This document shows, one piece after another, positions 12,476 to 23,739 of a DNA stretch of 64,000 nucleotides (position 1 is its first letter; each line of letters opens with the position of its first letter). The stretch is from Hamiltosporidium tvaerminnensis FI-OER-3-3 (Eukaryota > Fungi > Microsporidia). The DNA lies in contig CM061249.1 of NCBI GenBank assembly GCA_022605425.2, positions 124,001-188,000 of the forward strand, read 5' to 3'. The notes under the pieces were generated by a model. The model was not told the DNA's origin. It saw nothing but the letters and a program-made list of their open reading frames with translations, and searched no databases. Both the position numbers and the translations under genes were made by a program.

Positions 12476-13180
12476 TGCTGGAGGAAAGATAACTAAACTC
12501 AAAACATTCTGCTTGGCAATAATTTTGGTTTGGGATCATTTGGTAATTTTTTTTTGGTTCGAAACTACATTAAATTTTCATTGTTCATGGGAACTTTTAT
12601 AATCAGATAATGGCATACAAAATCACGAAATCTTTTTACAAAGAAGTTTGAAGCTTTATGTGTAGCTAGATTTTTCACCGAAGCTTACACTTAGGTGATT
12701 TCTATGTAAAAACATGAAAAACTACCTTCGGCTACATAAGTTAGAAGACTTAGCGCTTGCGAAATACAAAAAAAATATTATTTATAAAGCCGGGAAAACT
12801 GTATAGCGAGTTATACCTGTTGAAATGGCATTGCAACACGAATGAACTCCATTGCAGTTCGCCATGTTATATCTTGGCAGGTACTCTTCCCGTTCGAAGA
12901 GTGTAGAATAATTAGAAACGCTGGTTGTTTTGAGATGTACAAGATGTTTCGACTTAGAAAAACGAAGATGACAAAGAAATGAAGACACCACAGGGATTTC
13001 GCTGTTCATTAAATTAGTCTTACCTACTTTTAAATAAAAGGCTTTGAATTGTAGTATAATTGCAATTTCGATGAATGTCTGAAAGTGCATATATTTGCAA
13101 AACATCAAAGTGCATTGATATTAAGAAACAATATAAAGCCTGCTAGCGCTTAAAAGTAATCGAATATTTGTTAAATACAA
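12476..13180 (+). repeat. Dispersed ~750-bp repeat family, copy 2 (most diverged; opposite orientation)
   Basis: GGAGGAAAGATAAC...TTCTGCTTGGCAAT, TTAGAAGACTTAGC, GTTATACCTGTTGAAATGGCATTGC and AAAGGCTTTGA occur in the same order as in the reverse complement of the other copies. Confidence 0.7.
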
Positions 13181-13499
13181 TTATGTTCTTTTTGTTTTTT
13201 TTTAATTACGTATAACATAGTAACGTTATAATTCAGAAATATATTATAATAGATTTTATACTTCTTCTAATCTAATATTAAGAATCATAATATGATTCTG
13301 TGTGTCTAAAACTATATTTAATGATACCAATAAAAGGACAAATTGTTTTTAATCTTAAACCTGAACAGTTTTACTTTAGCATATTTATATGAAAAAAAAC
13401 TAAATGTGAAAAACATAAGATTTTGCGTAGTTCTCTGATAGCCAAATTTTTATAAAAACTGGATTGAGCAATGCTAGAATGATATTAGTTTAAAACAAT

Positions 13500-14100
13500 A
13501 GTCAAAAAATAATTAATTTTTAAGGGCCTTTGTTAAATTGGAGCGACAAGGCTAATAGATCAAATAAACAAAGGATTTACGAATTTTCATAAGTTGCTTT
13601 AATAGAGTATGTGAATTAGCGGAGTAAATCAGGAAATTATTTCAGTTGAAAAAATTTTACTTACATCAACATTACAAGAAAAACGAACTTTATGTTTTCA
13701 GCTTATCGCTTTGAAGACATGTTCAGGTTACAATATGGAATGATGTGCGATTTTGAATATTATAAACGCCTTTATAAAATACTTAACGTCATATGTTTAA
13801 AGCATAACAAACAATACAATTTTTGAGCTTCTAAAGTCATTTTTCTATATACTAGGGCGTACAGTAGTCATTCGGTTTGACAAGGGAACGGAATTTCTAA
13901 ATCAAGTTTTGAAAATATAGAATCAAGATCTAAATATTCGATGGTTCACTTTAAACTTAGGAATATTAAAGAGTATGTTACAAAATAAATAGTTAAGTGA
14001 ACAATGAAATATTTTTTGTACAATGCGATTATTCGGAAGTTTACTAAAAATAGTGAGTACATTGAAAAACGAGTTTATGTTTGTTGCATAACATACCATA
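13500..14100 (+). mobile_element. Highly decayed rve-integrase (Ginger-like) element, related to 52436-54495
   Basis: Translation IGATRLIDQI...ILNIINAFIKYL...ELLKSFFYILGRTVVIRFDKGTEFLNQVL...DLNIR aligns with IGVNKMMALI...ILNVIDTYTKHL...DSLKLLFNNFGVPVAIQSDNGREFKNTLL...DLNIK. Confidence 0.7.
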
Positions 14101-16978
14101 AAGTAAAAAAAAGCATCATTTATTTTTTTCTGTTAAACCGCTTCAAATTTCTGCTTTTGCATAATTTGAGAATTCAGACATTCATTTTGAACATCACACT
14201 CCTTATTTCACCAAAGAAAAATGATAATAAGATGCAACTTGGACCTTTGATTCGTATTACGATATACTTAATGTTTCTAATAACATTAAGACTAGGCGAG
14301 TTCGCACTGGCATCAATGAATTGATTTTTTTACAAGATGAATAAGTTGATATTCGAAATGATAATAATCTTTTTAACAATTATAAAAGTAAAACAATCAA
14401 AACCGCTCATTTAAATAATATGTATAAGGCTTAAAATATTTGAGATGTAGTGATATTAACTAAAATTTCACACAATTTTATGACTCGACGCAATACACCT
14501 GATCATTTCTTTATGAATAAACCTTAATTGTTGTAGACACTTTACATAATAGTATATTTAAAGTCGAAAATATTCGCAAAAATAACAAAAAATATTTAAT
14601 CAACAAATGAATTAGAAGTATGGAAAAATTAAATTGAGTTCAATTTACTTTTTCTGATTATAATACATAGTCTCATTAATATGCTTTTAATTTTTCTTCA
14701 AATCTTCCTCTGAAACAATTAACCTCTAAAAAATTTTTAATATCATTTTTCAGATTTATTCATCGCAATAAGAACCTAAAATTTGTAGGCAGTACTTTAC
14801 TATTAGTCCATCACAAAGCAAATAAAGGCGCAGAACACCAATGGTTGTGTTAGGATTCAAAATTGAATTTTATAGACTAAAATAGAACAATATTGAAAAT
14901 TAATAATTTTCTATTTTTATTAAAACCAATCCGGTGCATATCCAAAAGCTTTATTGTTATTCAAATACCGTTTTTTTAGATGATTAAACGCATTAAATCT
15001 CTAAAAATATATTGGAATCTAAATTGAATTATTTTATTCTGTAACGATATTAATATCGGTGCGAAAACGTAATTTTTAAAGAAATGACACCAAATCACAA
15101 ATGAAATATATATAATGTAAATTGATTTGGAATGCTAAAAATACATAAATTAAATCATTTATTATACTCCACAGGATGTTTCATTCTTATCGGTTCAAAA
15201 TATTCCGACTTAATAGCAAATAAAGAGCCAAAAACAAATCTCATCTATATAATTTAGTAATGTCTCTACTACGACTCACTTCGAAGTGTTTAATTGGTTA
15301 AAATACCATAAGACACCAATAAAAATACTCCTGATAACATATGGCTCTTTCTATTTGTTTACAGATCTTACACAACCAAAAATAGTGAGCAGAAGTGAAC
15401 ATAAAAGATTTAAAAAGATTCTATTGGTTCAAAAAAATATTTGAAATAAAAATTGTAAAAATCTTTTCTAGACTGTATTAATATAGAAAGAAAGACAAAA
15501 AATTATTTTTTTTTTCATTTTTCTAAAATATTCTGTTTGAAAAAAATTTGAATCAATTTGTTAAGATATATTTTTATAGAATTTACAGTTACATAAAAAA
15601 TTTTACGATAGGTTTATGTTTTTCTACCATTTTTCTGTATAATATATTTATATCATCCATAATAACTCCACAAAACAATTTTGCGTGAATAGCTTCGTGG
15701 AATTTTATACCTGATTAAATTAAAAGATTATTAATAAAAATGACGATGAATTTATACATTAAATAAATTAACCAAAACAGCATATTTTTTGAACGAACAG
15801 TTTTTTAAAATAAATAAAATACTTCACAATAAAAAATTTCTTCGAGATAAAAGATAGAATTGAATAAAATCAAGATAACAGATTAAATATTAAAGCTGAG
15901 CTGAAGTTTTAAAAATTAAAATTAAATATAAAAAAAGAAAAGAAATATCCAAGTTAAAAAAGCCTAAAATTTCATTGGAAAATTGCTTGAAGAGGGTAAG
16001 ATTTGTGAATGAAAGACTAAAGAAATATACGAGAAACAGACTAGGTGAGAATAAGGATTATTATGTAAAAGATTAAAAATATATAGCTCAGATAATGAAG
16101 TTTAAGATGTTTTTCGGCATTTTTTCTGAATGTAAAGGAAGTTTGGTTCTATGAGCTTAACTCATAGTTACAGAATAAAAAGCAAAAATCAAAATATATT
16201 GTAAGTAAAAATACTTCAATATATAAATTTATGAGCCAGAATATTTTCATAGGTTATATTTTCTCCTGTGAAGTAAATCCATTATATTTTCAATCAGTTT
16301 ATTACGCTCTCTGGGCTTAAAAATTGATTATCGTTTATTTAATTTTACGGGCTTGTTGTGACGATATCGGAATTTAATTTCGCAGGGCCGGGTTCGATCT
16401 TCGTTTGGTGCTCTCTTTATCTTTGGTTCGGAAATTTTGATTGAGGCTGCAAACCTAACCAATCAAAAGAAGATTGTCTTTGGAATACCTATAACTTAGC
16501 GCAGCTATGATTCATTGTTGGATTGTGTTCTATCAGTAGGGAAACAGCGAGCTATTAGCTAAATAAATAACTTTTATTGGGGACTCATTTTTTAAAAAAA
16601 ATTTAATTTTATTTTTTTTCAATTTACTTAATAAGAATTTAGAAATTTTTACTTGTAAAAGGAAAAATCTTTTAAAACTATCATATTAGTTTGAAGAATT
16701 TTATTATATTGATCTTTTTAGAAATTAGTGGATCAATTTGTTATAGATTTGTTCAGAGACTATTTCAAAGGGATAATTTATTTTTGATTTCGACATGTAT
16801 ATAACCTAATTGGATATTCATATATTTGTAAGAAAATAAAACATGAAAATATTAGAATTATGAATAAAGTTTATTGAATAATGAGTTTCAATGTATTTCA
16901 TAAAAAAATATAAATTAGAAATTAATTCTTTGTTAAGAAGTTAAATATATTCTAAAGAATTTGTAGATATATATTTAA

Positions 16979-17749
16979 TTATATAGATTTTGTTTCTTTT
17001 TCATATTCAGTTAAAGAATTTACAATTCGATTATTTATATCTTCTTGTTTAATCAAGGATGCAATATATGCATTTTTTATTAAATATTTTGTCCAGATTA
17101 GATCATATATTAGCCATACTGAACTGCAAATATAAAAAGCCAGTAGAATATCTACACTGTAATGATATCTTGCAAACAAAATACACACAAGATTTGTGAT
17201 ACAAATAATCCAAACAAATACTGACATTATAAGCCAGTATAATTCGTTATTAAAGAAGTCATACTTTGTCCATACAAACGTACACATCAAAATAATAATA
17301 GAATGTCCACTGAAAATGTTATCTCCACATCTTCGATAAGATGCCTCTGTCAAAGTATCCTCCACAACCTGGAAACAATCTAAATTAGGATCGGGTAAAT
17401 TTGTGATTCCAACCGTTGTCATTCGTAATAAATATGAAAATGAAATGCAGGTGGCTAATCTAAAAAATATAAGTATTGCATCTTTTCTAATCAAAATCGC
17501 AATAGCAGTACTAATAAGCATCATGTACATCAGACTATCTACAATTTTTTCAACACTTTTATACCCAAACAGATCGAAAAATAAATCAGGCAATGGTTCA
17601 TATGCTTTATTGTTTGGAGACCAAAATGATGCAACATTTGACATTAGATTCATCATGTATAGTGTAAAAATTGTAAATCCTACGACACTCAATAATACAA
17701 AAATATTTTTGGAATTAATATTGTATCTTTTCAATATTTTTTTCAACAT
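16979..17749 (-). CDS. Sphingomyelin synthase-family phosphotransferase (SMS / non-fungal IPC synthase-like)
   Basis: SMS motifs D1 PLPD, D2 LRMTTVGITNLPDP, D3 CGDNIFSGH and D4 HYSVDILLA, with about 6 TM segments. ATG at 17749 is preferred over the TTG at 17758. Confidence 0.85.
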   Translation of the reverse strand: MLKKILKRYNINSKNIFVLLSVVGFTIFTLYMMNLMSNVASFWSPNNKAYEPLPDLFFDLFGYKSVEKIVDSLMYMMLISTAIAILIRKDAILIFFRLATCISFSYLLRMTTVGITNLPDPNLDCFQVVEDTLTEASYRRCGDNIFSGHSIIILMCTFVWTKYDFFNNELYWLIMSVFVWIICITNLVCILFARYHYSVDILLAFYICSSVWLIYDLIWTKYLIKNAYIASLIKQEDINNRIVNSLTEYEKETKSI

Positions 17750-18088
17750 AAAAGTCAAATTTATTTTTCGTTTATAGAAATTTTAATTTGAAAAAATAAT
17801 TTTTCGAAATCTAAGAACAAAAAAATGTTCTATTCTGTACTTTTATAATTAAATTTGAATTTCTGTAAATAGTTTCATTAAAATATTTACCAATTTAAAT
17901 TGTTTGTATGTAATTTATAAAGCATCGTAATTATCTGAATTCAAAATAAAAATTTAAAAAAAATAAGTTTGTTCAAAACAGATAAAAATTTGTTCCTATT
18001 TATAAAAAAGCAATAATTTTTAACCAAATACTATTTTCCTGCACAAATTTTGAATTAAAATTTTATTAACAAAAACTAAATCACAGTT

Positions 18089-18559
18089 TCATATCAAAAA
18101 ACTTTTTTCTAAAAAATATGCGCTTTTTGGTAAAATATTTCTATAATATGATTCTTCTATTTTAATAACTTCATATCCATTCTTCTTATAAAACGAAAGT
18201 GCTTCGGAATTACTTGTCTGTACATGTAATCTAAATATAGGAATTCCGAATTCATTCAATAATTTTTTTTCTAATTTCTCTAAACATATTTTCCCGATTC
18301 CTTTTCTCCGAAAAGTATTTACAATTCCAAAAGTCATTATATAAGCATTACTGCATTCTTTATCTATTTCATAACTACAGCATCCGATATAATTTTGATC
18401 TAATAAAAATAAATATCCGTGTTTTACCTGGCTATTACATAATTGCCCATAAAATGTTTTTCTATATTTCAATGGATATATCAACTTATCGATTTTAATC
18501 ATTTCTAAAATATTTTTAATAGATGTGTGTTCAAAAACAATTTTATTTTCGTATTCCAT
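18089..18559 (-). CDS. NAA50: N-terminal acetyltransferase, Naa50/Nat5 (NatE)-like GNAT
   Basis: IYPLKY...FY, YIMTFGI...RRKGIG and LHVQTSN..A..FY.K.GY......YY match the Naa50 pattern. Confidence 0.75.
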   Translation of the reverse strand: MEYENKIVFEHTSIKNILEMIKIDKLIYPLKYRKTFYGQLCNSQVKHGYLFLLDQNYIGCCSYEIDKECSNAYIMTFGIVNTFRRKGIGKICLEKLEKKLLNEFGIPIFRLHVQTSNSEALSFYKKNGYEVIKIEESYYRNILPKSAYFLEKSFLI

Positions 18560-19109
18560 ATATTTTTGTTACCATTAAGGGCAAACAATTAAATTTATTT
18601 GGAAATTTTTTGTTTAATTTTATTAAATTGAGAAAATATATAAAATTGATAATTGTTCTTGTATTGAATTATAAAGTAATTACTTTATTTGACTTTTGAT
18701 TTATTTTTTCTAGTAAAAATACTTTTGAAAATATTGTTTATTAGAAAATAAGAAATTTATTTATTTGTTTTGAAATTGAAGTCACTATGAACTATCTTTT
18801 TTTGCTTAAGTTTTCATTTCTTTTCTTTTTATCCGTGAACTAATTCGGAATATTGAATTAAATATAAAATATAATTTATAATTTATAAATTATAAATTAT
18901 AAATTATAAATTTTAAACTATTTCTGTTATTTAAAAATTTATATTTTAAAAGAAGTAAATTCGATACATAAATTATAAGTATGTTTGAAAACCTACAGAG
19001 TATTTTTTAATTTTTTATAAATTCAAAGTATTGTAAATCTTGAACATTTTGATCTATAAAACTGTTTTCATATATATACTTAAATTCATATTTAAATTAA
19101 CTGTTTTGG

Positions 19110-19857
19110 GAAATAGAACTATTTGCAAAACTTTATTTAAAAATATCCCACCTTCGTTTTAAAACAAAGGAAGGTATTATATTTGTTTTAATGATATATA
19201 CAGTTCTAAGGTTAACATAAATAAATGCTCTACCGACATTCCATCGGTACCCCGTACGATACTTACGCCACAAAGCCTTTGATCCACCGGGTCTATATAA
19301 CCTATTTACTAGATGAGAAAGTTACCTGGAGTTCGTTTATGTCTGTTACATGGAGTGTGATCGAGAGCTGAAACACATCATAAGCTTCCTTAAGACTATG
19401 GAACATTCCATATACTCTACGGCTTTTAAACCCGATAAATTCAATCCAAAATATATCTCGGCGACGTAAATAGGGTCAATCTAGAGTGTGCAATGCCATA
19501 TCCACTGGTATAACCTGCTACTTACCTCTCCAGGCTTCATAAGGTTTTTTTCCATATCCACCGGATGCTAAGTCTTCTAACCGAAATATGAAAGGCTAGG
19601 ATTCCATTGTTTTAGATGGAAATTACTAAAGCTTCAGCCGGAGTCTATGATTTAGGTAAGTAAAAAACTAAAAAATAAATTCTAAGAAGGTAAAGCTATT
19701 TTGTAGACCTTCTCGTAAACACGGATATCCGTATAACTTCCGAAATAAAACAAGATTTTATTTTCAACGAAATTCCAGGCAATGACTTCAAACCGTTTTA
19801 ACATACACATTACTAGCAGATTATTTTTAATATGGTTATCCTATGACCTACCTTACA
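19110..19857 (-). repeat. Dispersed ~750-bp repeat family, copy 3
   Basis: Colinear with copies 1 and 4 (CCATCGGTAC, GGAGTTCGTT, AAGACTATG, ATATATCTCGGCGAC, GGTATAACCTGCTACTT). Begins TGT on the minus strand. Confidence 0.85.
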
Positions 19858-20113
19858 TTTTAAAAAAAATTATAAAATGTGATAGAAATTTTAGTAATTC
19901 TAAAACATAAGTGAAGAGTCGGATTTAGAAGAAAAGACGCAGTAAAGAGGTAGAAGAATATATATGAAAATGATAAAAAGAATCTACCCCGAGAATTTTA
20001 TTAAATAAGTAATCCTGACAATAAAAAGAAATTAAATAGTCGTTGCTTTATAAAGATAGTAAAAAAGATGTAAAAAGTAGTATTTATTGTACTATCTACT
20101 CTAATAATTCCTT

Positions 20114-21699
20114 TTATTCCTTTTGATCTTCACTGTCATGTAAAAGACGATTACAACAGGGATTAAAAACAGAGTGGAAAAGATGATACGTCTCAAAGCG
20201 CAATTTTCGCAAATCTTGAAAAAATATTTCGCTATTTTGATCTTCTCTTGGTATAATTTTTCTAAATTGTGTTTCCAGTGAAATATATTGTTCTTTTTCC
20301 AACTCTGCCTTCTCTTCTGTATTAAAAAACGGTAGAGCACTATCAGAAAATATATCAAATAGTATTTTATAACTTGTATAACAATTTCTTTTTCATTAGT
20401 ATCTTTTCTAATTCACAACTATTTATCAGTGACAGCAGGGGGGTTGCAGTTGCGAGGCAATCCTTAGACATTGTTTCAGTAGAATTGTAAGTATTTGTTA
20501 TTTTTTTAATTTCGTTTGTATCAAACGAAAATACAAGATCCGTTATAAAATTAGTATCAGAAATTTCAGGCGAATTGAATTTACTGTCAATTGAACCAAA
20601 TCCCCAGTTTCGGATTCCAATGTTTAGGATATTTAAAATCTTAAGAAAATCATCTTCCATATTTAATCCGAAACTACAAACCACAATGATTATTTCAACA
20701 ATTAAATTTAAATTATTATCCAAAACATTGTTTATTCGGTCTTTTAAACTGAAAGTGTGGTCTATACGCATCGATTTTATCTCATCGTTACGCAGTCTCA
20801 TATCAGTCAATAAAAGAATACTTTCGATACTTTTAATTGCTAAAAAAACGGAAATATAACATTTTTTTGAAACATCTATCGACTTCAGTCTTTCCAAAAC
20901 AACCTTTTCAGAGAAATAAAAAATGTAGCTTTGCCTATAATTCCACATGTTGGGGAAAACATACTTTTTATACCCCCGAGTTCTCTCTCAAATATCTCCT
21001 GGTTCGAATCACTAAAACCGGGCTGGGTTTCCATTGATTTTTGTTCGATACAACAAATATTTTTGATAAATTTTTTATAATTTATTTCTGTATTATTCTT
21101 AAAAAATTTGGCAAGAAAATAATGATTATTTAAAAAATTTTCAATTCTTGGTAAATCAGATTGTGAAACATCTTTATAAGAAACGACTGAATCAAAAATT
21201 TTTTGAAGTTATTGATGAGTTGAACTTGGTTTACTGACTACATCTTCACTAAACTGTATCGGAGGTAGTGACGATTCTTTAGGCCTTGCATCTGACTTTT
21301 TAGACCCAAGAGACTTAAAATATTCTCTAATTTCACCAAATGCCCCCAAACAGCTTTTTGACCAAGGAGAATTATTCGTATTAGATTTATTTGAATTTTC
21401 TGCAGCCTCAACAAGTGAATAATTTGCACTACTAAGACATCCGCTTTGGTCCTGTTCAGATATATTCCTGCTCTTATTTTGAATGTCTAGACGTTGTGAT
21501 ACTCTACGGCTGCTTTCATAATCAGTATTACCAACTTTTGCGACAGTTCTTTTATATAAATGTGAATGTACTTGTCTCTATCTCTATACGCTCTTTCTAA
21601 TTTATTAGAATTCTTATTGAGCTGCGTGCCTTGAGAACCAAATATAGACGACCAAAAAACAAGAAAAATCATTTTTTTGTTCGAAAGAAGAAACAACAT
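20114..21699 (-). pseudogene. Frameshifted pseudogene of orphan family X (paralog of 39668-41269 and 47891-49531)
   Basis: Fragments in different frames: N-terminal ...VFWSSIFG, DLPRIENFLNNHYF, AIKSIESILLLT, FITDLVFSFD and QDLRKLRFETYHLFHSVFN. All match the intact paralogs. Confidence 0.85.
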
Positions 21700-22402
21700 A
21701 TAGGCTTTGTTGTTATTTTCTTTTATTTGTTGAAAAACTTTAAATGTAATATTATAATTTCTTATTTAAGCAACTGCTTTTTAATTGTTTGAGTTGAAAA
21801 AATCATATATTTTTATTGAGAATAAAAAGATTTTAAGAACCTCCTAAATCGTAATAACTTTGTTTCATGTGAAGTAATTTATTGTTAACTACTTTTTTAC
21901 ATCGAAATACCTTCTGTTTTTATAGAGCAATAATCTAAATTTTATTAATTTTTTTTACCAAAAATAGAAAAATTAAATTTAAAAAAATTTCAATTACTTT
22001 TAATTTTTTTTAAAGTATCAATGTTAAAAAATATAAATCAAATTAAATTTTATAATTTTTAGAGATTTGATAAGTATTATTTTCGAAAAATATTGAAAAA
22101 ATATATTGTAATTTTTCAAATATTCGTCTGAATTATGGCAATTTATAGAAGCTTAATCGCAAATCTACTTCATATCTTAAATTAAATTGTGTCATAATGC
22201 AATTTTTAATTCTTTTGTAGAAATTCCGGAGTTTACATATTATCGGTCTAAAGTTACTTTTAATTATGTTATTCTTATAAATCAAGCAATTTTTCAACGA
22301 TATTCTATAAGTAGTTTATATTTTCTGAACTTTTTTATATGAATGAAAATTCATTTAGATATGCTATTAATTTTGCAATTTTTTTGTTCATAATAATTTT
22401 CT

Positions 22403-22612
22403 TAATCTAGATCAATTATTGAAATTTCATGTTTTTTAAATATATTAATACCAAATTTAGTTACATAGATAAGGCTTTCAATCTAAATCAATTGTTGAAA
22501 TTTTATATTTTTTAAATTTTTTAATACCAAATTTAATTTATTGGTAATGCCCTTATTCTAAATTAATTATTTAAATTTTATATTTTTTAAATTTATTGAT
22601 GCCAAATTCGGT
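22403..22612. repeat. Degenerate tandem repeat, ~3 x 76 bp, AT-rich
   Basis: AATCTA.ATCAATT.TTGAAATTT.AT.TTTTTTAAAT...AATACCAAATT recurs near 22404, 22480 and 22555. Confidence 0.7.
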
Positions 22613-23739
22613 AATATTAACAATTGATTTATTTTGGTGGGATGAATAACCGCTTTTTTTATTTATATTCTTTTATTTTATAAGTCAAGAAATATCTGAT
22701 TGTACCGTTATTTATCAGATAGCCAAAAAAAGAACTAGGAATACATTTGAAGTTGTGTTATTGAGTGCTTAAAAAAATGACTAGAAAGATGTGATTAAAT
22801 GTATTTCGATTTATTTTTGGCTGTAAAATTTAAAGTAAGGAAATTAAAAAATCAAAACGTAAATCATTTACATGTTTAAATCCAAATGCCTAAATAGATA
22901 ATGATACAATATAGAGTAAAAATTATAAATTAGAAATAATAATGATTCATCTTATATTGCGACATGCTATTGCACTTTAACACCTCTTACTACTTAAATA
23001 TCCTATAAAAGGCTTTAGCAATCTATCACAACCTAAATCTTTCGTTTCCTGTACTAAATTTCACCTTCGGGCGAAAGAAAATTTCTAGGCTCTCCCAATT
23101 TCGCCCCAAAGTTCTGGAAAATACATAATTTATGTTTTTCTTGCGCGAACCGAATATTTTGTGAAAAAAAGATTTATAACTATGAATTGGAAAACTTATT
23201 AAGGAAAAATTAAGAAAATTAATTTAATTAGAAAAATTCAAAATTTTAAAAGAAATATTAATTTTTAATTTATTTTTAGCTGCTTTATATTTAGTTTGGT
23301 TTTTTAGTATTTTTTAAGTTGCTTTACTCTGTTTTATGAAATTTAACAAGAGTATATACTATAGAAACCCAAATACAATATCAATGCATGATATTGTGAT
23401 ATAATTTTGAAATACTTCAAAAGAACTCTTTTGACATTGCGAAAATATAGGTTGGTGTGCTTTGTTCAGGGGTAAAGGCTATCGTATGACATGGTGTATT
23501 ATATATATTTATAAGAATTAATATTATGGCAAGGTGGAAACTAATATGTTAGAAAATCATTAAAATGTGTTTCGATTTAATGACTAATATTTCATCGCCA
23601 CTTTTCACGTTCTTTGCATCATATTTTTAGACTATTTTGATGTTTAATAGGAAATTGAGAGATGTGTTACGGCTGCTATGGCACGGAGTCGTATATTTTT
23701 TAGCACTATAAATTACACAAGAAAATTTTTTTCTTTCTT

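Noticed and set aside
16349-16414. Functional tRNA gene
   Set aside because: Acceptor, D and anticodon stems do not form properly. No convincing tRNA or rRNA was seen in the window.
19440-19560. piggyBac-like peptide (KPG...AEIY.G) in the repeat
   Set aside because: Spacing and intervening residues do not fit, and no catalytic DDD motifs are visible.
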